Of a stretch of 59,763 bases of DNA, positions 43,030 through 52,947 are shown piece by piece. The first letter of the stretch is position 1, and each line of letters begins with the position of its first letter. The translations under genes were made by a program, and so were the position numbers. The stretch lies in assembly GCA_030589165.1 (NCBI GenBank), contig JAUUWG010000002.1:1-59763 (forward strand), read 5' to 3'. Origin of the DNA: Desulfobacterales bacterium. GTDB lineage: Bacteria > Desulfobacterota > Desulfobacteria > Desulfobacterales > JAFDHS01. The notes beneath the pieces were generated by a model, which did no database searches, had not been told where the DNA came from, and saw only the letters and a program-made list of their open reading frames with translations.

Positions 43030-44478
43030 ATGTTCGTTTCTTCTTCCTCAAACGGTTTGATAAGGCCAATAAATATGGATTCTATAAAATTTCATCGTCT
43101 ACTGTTTACTGTTGCGGTTTTTACCTTTGCAGTTTTGATTTTTTCGACAAGTCAGGCGCATTCACAGGCAAGCAACGTCATCCAGCCTAAAAATACAATC
43201 AACCTGGGTAATGGCTGGGCCACAAACACCATCAATACTGTGATCTTCCGTCATCATGGGGTGATCACCTCCAAAAACTTTCAATTTACCGCTTTTTACG
43301 ACTCTGAGGGTAACATAAAACTGGTCCAGAGAAATCTGGATAGCAACAAAATAATGACGCATCTTATTCCGGGTGAATACAACCTTTTTGATGCGCACAA
43401 TTCCATTAGCATTGGCATTGACCGCCTTGGCCATTTGCATATTAGCTACGATCATCATGGAAATGATCTTCGTTACCGCAGGTCCTTGGAACCTTTATCA
43501 ATCAATTTATGGACTGATATGGTTCAAATGACGGGACGGCGTGAGAGCCTGATAACGTACCCAGCTTTTATTTATGACGGAGCAGGGGAAGTGCAAAGGC
43601 CCATGCTTTTCCTGTATCGTTATGGAAGTTCTGGAAAGGGAGAAGCATGCATCAAGGAATATGATGAGCAGTCATCAGAGTGGAAAGACAGGGAACCGTG
43701 CATTCTGTCCGGATCGCAACAAAACCCCTGGACCAGCAACGCCTATTGGAACCACCCGATTATAGACCATACAGGCAGGATGCATTTATCTTTTGTCTGG
43801 AGGACAAACTCCATCGGTTCAGAGAAAAGAATCAATAACATAAATGTGGATTATGCCTATTCGGATGATCACGGTTGTACTTGGCATAGTTCTAAGGGCC
43901 GGGAACTGAAAACTCCTATTACGCAGGTGAATTCGGAGACGGTTTGGACCGTTTCCCCAGGATCGAATCTGATCAACCAAACCAGCATGGCTGTGGATAG
44001 CAAAGGCCGCCCGCACATTGTGTTTTACTCTGATGATCCAGACAAGATTCCCCAGTATGAACATCTGTGGTTTGATGGAAAGGTGTGGCGGCATCATTAC
44101 ATAAGCACGCGGGACAAGCCGTTTGTTCTTGCCGGCGGGGGAGCCCTTCAAATACCCATCAGCCGGCCGGAGATTGTTATTGATAAACAGGACCGGGTTT
44201 ACGTGATTTTCAGGGGTGATTTCACAAAAGACCGAATGGTTGTGCAAAGGTTGCTTTCCCCGGAATATAAACCAGATGCAAGTGAAACAAAGATACTCTG
44301 GCCGGCGCCTCTGGAGTTCGCGGAACCGGTCATTGACCGCATCCGCTGGGACAGGGACGGCATATTAACCATGCTTATTCAACGAAACGGCCAACCACCT
44401 CATGACAAAGGCGGAGTTCCAAGAAGCGAGCCTGTTTATTTGGTTGATTGGGATATAGTAGGTGGGTGGAATAATTGA
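43030..44478 (+). CDS. BNR_4-type beta-propeller protein with an N-terminal membrane anchor or signal
   Basis: TM/signal segment LLFTVAVFTFAVLIFSTSQA. HNSISIGIDRLGHLHISYDHHGNDLRYRRS and NAYWNHPIIDHTGRMHLSFVWR are typical of the BNR_4 family. Confidence 0.65.
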   Translation: MFVSSSSNGLIRPINMDSIKFHRLLFTVAVFTFAVLIFSTSQAHSQASNVIQPKNTINLGNGWATNTINTVIFRHHGVITSKNFQFTAFYDSEGNIKLVQRNLDSNKIMTHLIPGEYNLFDAHNSISIGIDRLGHLHISYDHHGNDLRYRRSLEPLSINLWTDMVQMTGRRESLITYPAFIYDGAGEVQRPMLFLYRYGSSGKGEACIKEYDEQSSEWKDREPCILSGSQQNPWTSNAYWNHPIIDHTGRMHLSFVWRTNSIGSEKRINNINVDYAYSDDHGCTWHSSKGRELKTPITQVNSETVWTVSPGSNLINQTSMAVDSKGRPHIVFYSDDPDKIPQYEHLWFDGKVWRHHYISTRDKPFVLAGGGALQIPISRPEIVIDKQDRVYVIFRGDFTKDRMVVQRLLSPEYKPDASETKILWPAPLEFAEPVIDRIRWDRDGILTMLIQRNGQPPHDKGGVPRSEPVYLVDWDIVGGWNN

Positions 44479-44570
44479 GTCAGATGAGATAAATGATTGG
44501 CGGGTCCCTGATGCCATCTACAGGGAAATGAGAATTTTCCTCGAAATCAAATCTTTGTTGAGAATGAAAT

Positions 44571-45467
44571 ATGCACGATTGGCCATTTGTTTCCGTGATT
44601 ATTCCCGTACATAATGATCCTTACGGAATACAGCAAACGCTTCGATCATTGTTCAGGCAAGACTACCCCAAAAAACAGTATGAGATTATTGTTGTCGATA
44701 ATAATTCAAATGATGATACAATCTCAATGATTCAGAAAACAGTATCTGAATTTGAAGGTAATGTCATTGTTGAAACTGAAGAAATGCAAGGTTCGTACGC
44801 TGCGCGGAACAAAGGATTCAGTGTGTCACGTGGTGAAATTATTGCTTTTATTGATTCGGACATGACTGTTGGTTCAGACTGGATTTATAAGGGTGTTCAA
44901 TGTTTCACAAATAAAAAAAAGGATTATGTCGGTTGTAATATTGAAATATATTCATCAAAGAAAATACCGTCTTTATGGGAAAAATATGATATTATTTTGG
45001 GATTTCCCATAAAAAATTATATGAAAATCGATGGATACGCGCCAACAGCATGTCTCTTTGTAGCAAGGAACGTCATCGAAAAAGCCGGTAATTTTGATTC
45101 CAGGCTTTTATCTGGCGGTGATTGTGAATTTGGCAATCGTGCACGTAGCCACGGTTTTAAAATGTACTTTGACCAGGACAATATCATGTATCATCCAGCC
45201 AGGAATTCTTTTTCATCACTCTTTCAAAAACAAAAAAGGGTTACCCCGGGTCAGATACGCCTGCGCAGGCTTTTTCCTGAAAGATTTCCGCATAACCGAT
45301 TCAAGGATGTCGCCATTTGCTGTATTCACCTGTTCCCTGTCGCAAGTCCTGCGGTATTGTTTAAATTGTCCCGTTCAAGGGTTGACTTTTTCCCCTTGTT
45401 TGGCATTTTTTATGCTTTGCGATTGTATACGTGCTGGTTCAAATTTGCCAATAAATGTTTTTTTTGA
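44571..45467 (+). CDS. Glycosyltransferase family 2
   Basis: VSVIIPVHNDPYGIQQTLRSL...IIVVDNNSNDDT and FIDSDM motifs. Confidence 0.85.
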   Translation: MHDWPFVSVIIPVHNDPYGIQQTLRSLFRQDYPKKQYEIIVVDNNSNDDTISMIQKTVSEFEGNVIVETEEMQGSYAARNKGFSVSRGEIIAFIDSDMTVGSDWIYKGVQCFTNKKKDYVGCNIEIYSSKKIPSLWEKYDIILGFPIKNYMKIDGYAPTACLFVARNVIEKAGNFDSRLLSGGDCEFGNRARSHGFKMYFDQDNIMYHPARNSFSSLFQKQKRVTPGQIRLRRLFPERFPHNRFKDVAICCIHLFPVASPAVLFKLSRSRVDFFPLFGIFYALRLYTCWFKFANKCFF

Positions 45468-45510
45468 GATAAATAAATTAGCAGCTGATTAGATAAGGTT
45501 TTAATCCTCC

Positions 45511-47784
45511 ATGCACTTTTGGGAAACTTTCAAAAAACTAGTGAGTCAGGTTCCTGGATCAGTTACTCTGTATCATTTTCTGAAGGGACTGCACGGACCT
45601 GAAAAAGTGGTGCGGACCTCTCTGGACCGAGGATCATATCCAACGGTTACTCTTTCTAATTTAAAAGAAAAATACCTGCAATGCCCAATATCCAATGAAC
45701 CTGACACATTTGTGCTCTACCGAATACTTGGCAATGATCTGGTGCCCCGCCATCGCAAAGGTCAAACCCGAGAAAATCTCGGGTTCATCCTTGAAAATGA
45801 ATCGGAGTTTCCGGAATGCGAGAAACGCTTTGTGGTCAACCGTATTGTCGATCCGGGCGAAGAAAAAATCATTCTGCGCATGTTGAAAGAAGCGAACCGC
45901 TCCTATCTCCACATCCCTTTTCATCAGGATGAATACCTGAACGTGAGCTGGGACATTGAGGGGGTGCCTGTAGAATTCGTTCCCTACTCCCGCCGTTTCA
46001 AGGCTCTCAGCCCGGATGAACAAGGGCGAGTACTGATGCGTCTTTACCGGCATAAAAACAACTATGTGATGAACAATAACGAGGCACGCAACGCGGCCCT
46101 TGCTCAAGGCAAGGGACTGGCCAAATGGGTATTGCCCTGGGATGGCAACTGCTTTATCACAAAACAGGGATGGGATGACATTGTTACAACCGTGCAAGCC
46201 TCACCTGAAATCCCGTATTTTGTGATACCCATGGCCCGAATCACGGATAACCGTCTGGTATTGGATCCGGATTTCAGCCCAGCGGCAGTGGAAGAACCCC
46301 AGATCCTGTTTCGAAGGGACAGCTCGCTTTCCTTTAACGAGTCCTTTTTTTACGGGCGCCGGCCCAAGGTAGAATTGCTCTGGCAGCTGGGCATACCAGG
46401 AAACTGGGATGAATGGAAGCTGGAGCCCTGGGACCTGCCCGGACCCCGCTATGCAAAGGAGGCAGGTGCTTTTTCTTATGCCGGTTGGGTGGCCAGATTG
46501 AATTCAGGTCAGGAGCGATTGGAAAAGGATCCCGTCCAGGGCAAGGTTGATCGAGGTGTGGCACGGGTCGAGGCCGTCATCGGCTTGCTGGATCATCTGG
46601 ACACACAGGCAAGGATCGGGAGACAGGATAATGCACTCGTAATCATCGGAAAAGCATTGGCGCCCTGTGATAAGACGAGCGATTCTCACAACACGCTCCT
46701 TGATAAACTTCGGGAAGAGGCTGAACAGGCCGTGGTGCAAGGTCCCTACTCTGTTCTGGACAAGACCACCCGGGCTCCAAGCGGAGACCCTCATGATTAT
46801 TGGCATCCCGCACCGTACTACTGGCCCAACCCCCTGACTCCATCGGGCCGGCCCTACGTGAGCCGCGACGGACAGCGGGTTCCCGGGACCCGGTTATATG
46901 AACCACTCAGTGATCAATATGACCGAACCCGCCTGCAACGCCTTTTTGATGACACTATGGTGCTGGCGCTGGCCTGGCATCATCTGGGGGAACAACGCTT
47001 TGCCCAACACGGCGCCCGATTGATCCGTCGCTGGTTTCTGGACCCCGATTCGGCCATGAATCCACACCTCACCTATGCCCAGGTACGACTGGGACACAAT
47101 AATGACAAGGGAAGCAGTTCCGGCATTATCGAGATGAAGGATCTATACTTTTTTCTGGACGCGGTCAAACTGCTTGTGCGCGCCGGAATAATTTCACCTG
47201 AAGAACACTCTCGGTTACAGGAATGGTTTGAGCATTACCTTCACTGGTTGAGAACCAGTCCGCAGGGACAGAAAGAGCGAGCAGCACAAAACAATCACGG
47301 CGTTTACTATGATCTGCAGGTAGCATCCATTGCTGCCTTCCTGGGGGAGACCCTGCTGCTCCGTGATACCCTGCGCGACAGCCGGTTCAGGCTGCTGCAG
47401 CATTTTGATGCCCAGGGACGACAACCGGAAGAGATGAAACGAACCACAACTGCCCATTATTGCTGTTTTAATCTTCAGGGGTGGATTCATTTAGCCCAAT
47501 TGGCTGCAACTTTTCATGAAGATTTGTGGCGTTTTGAAGGACAGGATGGCCAAGGCATACGAAAAGGTATGTGGTGGCTTCTTGCATACCTGGGCAGGGA
47601 CTGGCCTTACCAGCAGATCGATGCATTTGATCACGAGCGTTTTTATCCCATTTACCATGCCTGCAAGGCCACCTATGGGTTGCCTTCGGAATTGGAGTCG
47701 CTGAACGTTCCTGATGCGGAGGCAATCAAGCCCCTGTTCCACCCCCACGATGGCATTCGACCCTTCTGGCAGTTATCTGGTTGA
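45511..47784 (+). CDS. Unknown B domain + alginate-lyase (PL5)-fold domain protein; a standalone paralog of giant-ORF residues encoded at about 37315-39405
   Basis: Shared blocks: LYRILGNDLVPRHRKGQTRENLGFILENE, NNYVMNNNEARNAAL, AKWVLPWDGNCFIT, GPYSVLDKTTRAPSG..DYWHPAPYYWPNP, YDRTRLQRLFDD, NNHGVYYDLQV, HPHDGIRPFW. No signal peptide is evident. Confidence 0.7.
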   Translation: MHFWETFKKLVSQVPGSVTLYHFLKGLHGPEKVVRTSLDRGSYPTVTLSNLKEKYLQCPISNEPDTFVLYRILGNDLVPRHRKGQTRENLGFILENESEFPECEKRFVVNRIVDPGEEKIILRMLKEANRSYLHIPFHQDEYLNVSWDIEGVPVEFVPYSRRFKALSPDEQGRVLMRLYRHKNNYVMNNNEARNAALAQGKGLAKWVLPWDGNCFITKQGWDDIVTTVQASPEIPYFVIPMARITDNRLVLDPDFSPAAVEEPQILFRRDSSLSFNESFFYGRRPKVELLWQLGIPGNWDEWKLEPWDLPGPRYAKEAGAFSYAGWVARLNSGQERLEKDPVQGKVDRGVARVEAVIGLLDHLDTQARIGRQDNALVIIGKALAPCDKTSDSHNTLLDKLREEAEQAVVQGPYSVLDKTTRAPSGDPHDYWHPAPYYWPNPLTPSGRPYVSRDGQRVPGTRLYEPLSDQYDRTRLQRLFDDTMVLALAWHHLGEQRFAQHGARLIRRWFLDPDSAMNPHLTYAQVRLGHNNDKGSSSGIIEMKDLYFFLDAVKLLVRAGIISPEEHSRLQEWFEHYLHWLRTSPQGQKERAAQNNHGVYYDLQVASIAAFLGETLLLRDTLRDSRFRLLQHFDAQGRQPEEMKRTTTAHYCCFNLQGWIHLAQLAATFHEDLWRFEGQDGQGIRKGMWWLLAYLGRDWPYQQIDAFDHERFYPIYHACKATYGLPSELESLNVPDAEAIKPLFHPHDGIRPFWQLSG

Positions 47785-47955
47785 AACCCTCCCATGGATC
47801 ATGGCAAGTTATTGAAGCATATCTTGAAACTGAAAAAAACTACTTTGCCAATTGTTGGTGTATTTATTATAGGAGAAATAACGTGAGTTTCTCCCAATTA
47901 TTGGATACATTGAATTCATTAAACACAAATAATCGAAAATGAAAATGGACGTTGG

Positions 47956-48741
47956 ATGTTAAGACTTAGCAAAGATATCTGGGAAAACCGTCACGCCTTG
48001 CGCAGTCAATTTTATGTAAACACCAAAACCACGGTGGCAACCACCAAATTGGGAATGCTCTGGTGGATTTTAGATCCTTTGTTTCTCATGCTGATTTATT
48101 ATTTTGTGGTAAAAGTCATTTTTAACCGCGGCGGGCCCAATTACCATCTATTTCTTCTCTGCGGCCTTGTAACGTATCAGTTTTTTTCCCGTTCGATTGC
48201 TTTATGCACGGGAGCCCTTGTTCGCAGCGAAGGCCTGATCAAGCAGGCATCCCTGCCCATGGTAATTTATGTAATCATTTCCCCCCTGGTGCAGGCCTTC
48301 TTTTGCATAATCGGCTTCATCGTCATCATGATCTGGAATTATCATGCGTTGGGATTGCACACCTTGAGTATTGTAGTTCCAGTGTTCTTGACGATTATGA
48401 TATCGTTTACCGCGGGGTTGTTTTTGTCAATATTTGAAGTCTATATCAGAGACACCGGTAAATTGATCTCCTATGTGTTGCGTTTCGGTATGTATCTAAG
48501 CCCTGTTTTATACGCTTCGGACAGAATTTATGACAATCCGTCCATTCCTGAATACGCCAAGGCCCTTTATTCGTTGAACCCCATGGTTCATGTCATAACC
48601 GCTGTTAAAGACCTTCTTTTTCATGGGAGGATGTTCGATCCCGTTCCCCTGCTGATTGTCTTTGCAGCTGTTTTTGCTATCATGCAGTTCGGATTGTTCT
48701 TTTTCCGCAGGTCATCACCCTATGTTCCCAAAATGCTGTAA
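47956..48741 (+). CDS. ABC-2 type polysaccharide exporter permease (second copy)
   Basis: 261 aa with 6 TM segments. The N-terminal RSQFYVNTKTTVATTKLGMLWWILDPL pattern is Wzm/KpsM-like. Confidence 0.85.
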   Translation: MLRLSKDIWENRHALRSQFYVNTKTTVATTKLGMLWWILDPLFLMLIYYFVVKVIFNRGGPNYHLFLLCGLVTYQFFSRSIALCTGALVRSEGLIKQASLPMVIYVIISPLVQAFFCIIGFIVIMIWNYHALGLHTLSIVVPVFLTIMISFTAGLFLSIFEVYIRDTGKLISYVLRFGMYLSPVLYASDRIYDNPSIPEYAKALYSLNPMVHVITAVKDLLFHGRMFDPVPLLIVFAAVFAIMQFGLFFFRRSSPYVPKML

Positions 48742-48769
48742 AACCATTGCGCAGGTTTGATTTTGACTT

Positions 48770-49597
48770 ATGACTGAATTTTCAAATGACACGTGTCAAC
48801 CATTATCGAAAAACCTTTCACCCATAGTCGTCTTTGATAATGTAAGTTTATGCTTTCGCAAGCATTCATCCATTTTTGAGCTGTTTTTTAAAAACAAAAA
48901 CAGAGATAAGAATTTCTGGGCACTGCGGGGTGTTTCTTTCTGCATCCATGAGGGTGAAACCCTGGGTATTATCGGTCGCAACGGATCAGGAAAGAGCACA
49001 TTATCCCTGGTCTGTACAAAAGTATACCAGCCGGACAAAGGAGAGATAGAGATTAACGGCCGGGTACAGCTTCTGGCCCTGGGAGTAGGGTTTCAAAAAC
49101 AGCTTTCCGGCCGGGAAAACGTTTACATCAGCGGCAGCCTGCTGGGCCTTAAAACATCTGAAATAAGAGAGCGAATGGATGAAATAGAAGCGTTTGCCGA
49201 TATCGGAGAGTTCATGGATGAGCAGGTGCGCACGTATTCCAGCGGGATGAGAAGCCGCCTGGCATTTGCCATTGCCACTGCCATCCGCCCGGACATCCTT
49301 ATCCTGGACGAGGTAATGGCAACGGGTGACAACGCTTTTCGGGATAAGGCAATGGATAGAATGAAAAACCTGCACTCACTGACCAAGTGCGCCATTGTCA
49401 TTTCACACAGTCCTGCCCAGCTTAAACAACTCTGCAATAAAGTAATCTGGCTGGAAAAAGGAAGAATGGTGATGCAGGGGGAACCGACTCCGGTTTTGGA
49501 TGCATATCAGGCATTTTGCAAGAATCCCAAAGAATGGATGGAAAAACATCCGGAATATTTACATGATTCGAATATTACAACATCAAATCAATCTTAA
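48770..49597 (+). CDS. Polysaccharide ABC exporter ATP-binding protein (short form, no Wzt_C tail)
   Basis: Walker A GRNGSGKSTL, signature YSSGMRSRLAF, Walker B ILILDEVM. Confidence 0.85.
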   Translation: MTEFSNDTCQPLSKNLSPIVVFDNVSLCFRKHSSIFELFFKNKNRDKNFWALRGVSFCIHEGETLGIIGRNGSGKSTLSLVCTKVYQPDKGEIEINGRVQLLALGVGFQKQLSGRENVYISGSLLGLKTSEIRERMDEIEAFADIGEFMDEQVRTYSSGMRSRLAFAIATAIRPDILILDEVMATGDNAFRDKAMDRMKNLHSLTKCAIVISHSPAQLKQLCNKVIWLEKGRMVMQGEPTPVLDAYQAFCKNPKEWMEKHPEYLHDSNITTSNQS

Positions 49598-49855
49598 AAA
49601 GAACCCTTTGGTTGATGAAGTGGCCAAATTACAAAAAGAAAACGCAGGGATTCATGGTTCAGGCCGATTGCGAATCCGTTCTTGACCGCCTGCGGCTTCA
49701 GGACGGGACGATCTCCACACCGGCTTAAAGCAAAAGACACACAAACCGTATGATGTAAAATTAGTATTTGTTTCCTCATTTCCAGTACCAACATCGCATC
49801 ATCCAACGACTGACAGACAAATTGGAACACTGAAAATTCGGTCGCAATACCAGGC

Positions 49856-51790
49856 ATGAGCAAAAAAAAGAAACATAAAAAACGAAACTCGGGTTCCGGA
49901 CAGGCCCGTCCGCCGGCACAGCGCGAGGTCCGGAAAAAGAAAAATCATCCCGCGCCGGCGAATAGGGAGACCGCTCTTCCGCGTACTACCGGGCTTCTGC
50001 AAGCAGCCGGTCTATGGTGGTTTCAGGCCGCTGTTCTTGCCCTGGCCGTCGTCATGGCCTGTGGCCATACCCTGGATGTCCCCTTCTACCTGGACGATTT
50101 TTCATCCATCGTTGAAAACCCAACTATTTACAACTGGCTCGATATCGACAGGTTGTGGCGCTTTGCGCCACTCAGGGTGGTTGGATACTTTACCTTTGCC
50201 CTGAATTATCACTGGCACCAGTTTCAGGTGGAGGGATACCATGTTGTCAACATCCTGATCCATTTTCTTGCGGGGTGTGCCGTTCTCGCGTTCGGGAAAG
50301 GGATCGTACGCACGCCGGCCATGGCCGACCGAATCCCGCCGGGTGCCGCCAAATGGCTGCCCTTGCTGGCGGCCATGCTTTTTGCGCTCCATCCGCTTCA
50401 GACCCAGGCCGTCACCTATACGGTTCAGCGGCTGGCCTCAATGGCTGCTTTGTTCTACATCGCCGCCCTCGCCTGCTATGTCCATGCCCGGCTTGCCGGA
50501 AAAAATCGGCTGAAGTGGCTCCAGTCGGCGGCTGCGATCATGTTTGCCCTGCTGGCATTCTTTACCAAGCAGAATACCATTACCCTGCCCCTGGCGATCC
50601 TCATCATCGAGATGGTCTTTTTCCCGGCAAACCGAAAACGGCTTGCAATTATAACAGGCGCCATGCTGCTGGGACTGGGGGCGGCATGGGCCGTTCTGGG
50701 ATTGATCCTCCACTATGATCCGTTTTCCCTGGATGCCATGCAGGCCCTGACCCGCGAGACCACCACCATCTCACGGGGAGAGTATCTCTTCACACAGTCC
50801 AAGGTTTTATGGATATACCTCCGGCTCTTTTTCTGGCCGCTGGGGTTGCATCTGGACTATGACGTACCCCTGGCCGCGGGGTTTTTCGACTGGAAGGTTA
50901 TTGCGTCCATGACAGGGCATCTGGGTCTTCTCACCGGAGCGCTGCTGTTCTTGAGACGTTTTCCGATGGCGGCCTTTGCCGTGCTGTTCTATTATCTCGC
51001 GCACCTTATAGAATGGAGTTTGATTCCCATCAGGGATGTCTGCTTTGAGCATCGGACCTATCTGCCGAACCTGGGGCTCTGCCTGGGAACCGGATGGCTT
51101 CTGGCTATTTTGGTAACAAAATTCAAAAGAAGCTATGGGGCATCATTAATCCCTGTGGTTTTGGTTTTGATCATGGGCACCATGACCTGGCAGCGTAATC
51201 AGGTATGGAGGGATCCGATTCTTTTCTGGCAGAATTGCACGAAATATTCACCCCAAAAAGCCAGGCCTTGGAACACCCTGGCAAAGCACCTCCTTAATGC
51301 CGGGGAAAATGAGGCGGCGGCAAAAGCACTGTATCATGCAATAAAACCTTGGGACGCCGGGGATCATAACGGGATCAAGATGAACGAGACCGCAGCCGTC
51401 AATCTCTTAATCGTACTTCGACGCCTTGGGCGGTACGATGAAGCACTTGAGAAAGCAGATGTTTTTTTGAAACAACGGATGAACTCGCTGAATCGTTCGA
51501 AGATACTTAACAATAAGGGGAATATATACTTCATAAAGAAGCAATATCCCGAGGCTGAAACGTGTTACCGCAAGGCCGTCGAAGCTTACCCCGAAAACCT
51601 CTCTGCCGTGACCAACCTGGGCAATGTACTTGCACTCCGGGGACGCATATCCGAGGCAAGAAAAATGTTTTTGAAGGTCCTCAAAAGGGACCCGCAGCAC
51701 AAGGAGGCGAGGCATAATCTTGCTTTGCTTGGGAACCCGCAATCCGCAACCAGCAAACCACAACCTGTAACCAAACAGTCCGGCTTATAA
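49856..51790 (+). CDS. GT-C fold membrane glycosyltransferase with C-terminal TPR repeats (TMTC/PMT_2-like)
   Basis: Basic N-tail, about 10 TM helices, and first-loop motif PFYLDDFSSIVENP. C-terminal TPRs include NNKGNIYFIKKQYPEAETCYRKAVEAYPENLSAVTNLGNVL. Confidence 0.75.
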   Translation: MSKKKKHKKRNSGSGQARPPAQREVRKKKNHPAPANRETALPRTTGLLQAAGLWWFQAAVLALAVVMACGHTLDVPFYLDDFSSIVENPTIYNWLDIDRLWRFAPLRVVGYFTFALNYHWHQFQVEGYHVVNILIHFLAGCAVLAFGKGIVRTPAMADRIPPGAAKWLPLLAAMLFALHPLQTQAVTYTVQRLASMAALFYIAALACYVHARLAGKNRLKWLQSAAAIMFALLAFFTKQNTITLPLAILIIEMVFFPANRKRLAIITGAMLLGLGAAWAVLGLILHYDPFSLDAMQALTRETTTISRGEYLFTQSKVLWIYLRLFFWPLGLHLDYDVPLAAGFFDWKVIASMTGHLGLLTGALLFLRRFPMAAFAVLFYYLAHLIEWSLIPIRDVCFEHRTYLPNLGLCLGTGWLLAILVTKFKRSYGASLIPVVLVLIMGTMTWQRNQVWRDPILFWQNCTKYSPQKARPWNTLAKHLLNAGENEAAAKALYHAIKPWDAGDHNGIKMNETAAVNLLIVLRRLGRYDEALEKADVFLKQRMNSLNRSKILNNKGNIYFIKKQYPEAETCYRKAVEAYPENLSAVTNLGNVLALRGRISEARKMFLKVLKRDPQHKEARHNLALLGNPQSATSKPQPVTKQSGL

Positions 51791-51792
51791 AT

Positions 51793-52947
51793 ATGCGTGT
51801 ACTCCATATCGGCAAATTCTATCCGCCCTTTGCCGGGGGAATGGAAAATTTCCTGGGTGATCTGCTCCCGGCCTTAAAGCGTATCGGAGTCAATGCAAAA
51901 GCCCTGGTCCATGATCAGCCATCATTACGAAAGCGCTCATGCTGCAACAATATATCTTCTCCGGTCTATCGCGTACCCTGTTACGGAAGCCTGATGTATG
52001 CGCCGGTCAGCCCGGGGTTTCCGCTGGTGTTAAATAAGTTTATCCATACGTTTCACCCGCAAATTTTGCACCTGCACCTGCCGAACACTTCCGCCTTCTG
52101 GGCAATGACGCTTGCATGCGCCCGGCGAATCCCCTGGGTGGTTCACTGGCATTCGGACGTGGTGCCTTCGGAGATCGACCGCAGGCTGGCCGTTGCCTAC
52201 AGGCTGTATCGGCCGGTTGAACAGCGCCTTTTGCAACGCACCCAAACGATTGTTGCCACTTCTCCCTCCTATCTTGCCACGAGTGAAGCCCTGACACCCT
52301 GGAGGGATAAATGCCGGGTAGTTCCGCTTGGATTGGATGCGATGCGGTTGAAAATACCTGCCGAAGCTCTCAAAAAGTGGGCAGAGGGAATATGGCAACA
52401 AAAACATATCAGGGTACTTGCCATTGGCAGACTGACGTATTATAAGGGGCACGAGGTCCTGATAAGGGCGGCGGCACACGTGCCGGGTATCAGGGTTCTC
52501 ATTGTTGGAGAAGGAGATCGTAAGGAACGCCTGCAAAGCCTTATCAAGGAACTGGGACTTGCGGAAAGGGTGGAACTTTCAGGTTTTATGGAAGAGACGA
52601 AGCTTCAGGCGCTGCTGGCTAGCTGCGACTGCCTCTGCCTTCCCTCCGTGGAGCGGACCGAAGCGTTCGGGCTGGTTCTTTTGGAGGCCATGCGGTATGC
52701 CAAGCCTGTTGTGGCGAGTGACGTGGCGGGATCAGGTATCGGCTGGGTAGTAACGCACGGAGAAACCGGTTTTTTGGTTCCCCCCGGAGATGCAAGCGGC
52801 CTGGCGCGCGCGTTACAAGCCATGGCCGAAAAACAGCATTTAAGGAAAAGTATGGGCAGGGCCGCGAAAGAGCAGTTTAATAACTTTTTCCAGATAGACC
52901 AAGTGGCTCGCAAGGTCATATCCCTGTATCGGGATATTGTGCAATGA
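51793..52947 (+). CDS. Glycosyltransferase family 4
   Basis: MRVLHIGKFYPPFAGGME N-terminus and TEAFGLVLLEAMRYAKPVV E-x7-E region. Confidence 0.85.
   Translation: MRVLHIGKFYPPFAGGMENFLGDLLPALKRIGVNAKALVHDQPSLRKRSCCNNISSPVYRVPCYGSLMYAPVSPGFPLVLNKFIHTFHPQILHLHLPNTSAFWAMTLACARRIPWVVHWHSDVVPSEIDRRLAVAYRLYRPVEQRLLQRTQTIVATSPSYLATSEALTPWRDKCRVVPLGLDAMRLKIPAEALKKWAEGIWQQKHIRVLAIGRLTYYKGHEVLIRAAAHVPGIRVLIVGEGDRKERLQSLIKELGLAERVELSGFMEETKLQALLASCDCLCLPSVERTEAFGLVLLEAMRYAKPVVASDVAGSGIGWVVTHGETGFLVPPGDASGLARALQAMAEKQHLRKSMGRAAKEQFNNFFQIDQVARKVISLYRDIVQ

Noticed and set aside
49598-49855. Fragments such as VDEVAKLQKENAGI and MVQADCESVLDRLRLQDGTISTPA, considered as remnants of a lost coiled-coil tail of the second ABC ATPase.
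   Set aside because: They lie in different frames from the ATPase gene, are very short, and have no supporting motif. This is indistinguishable from chance.
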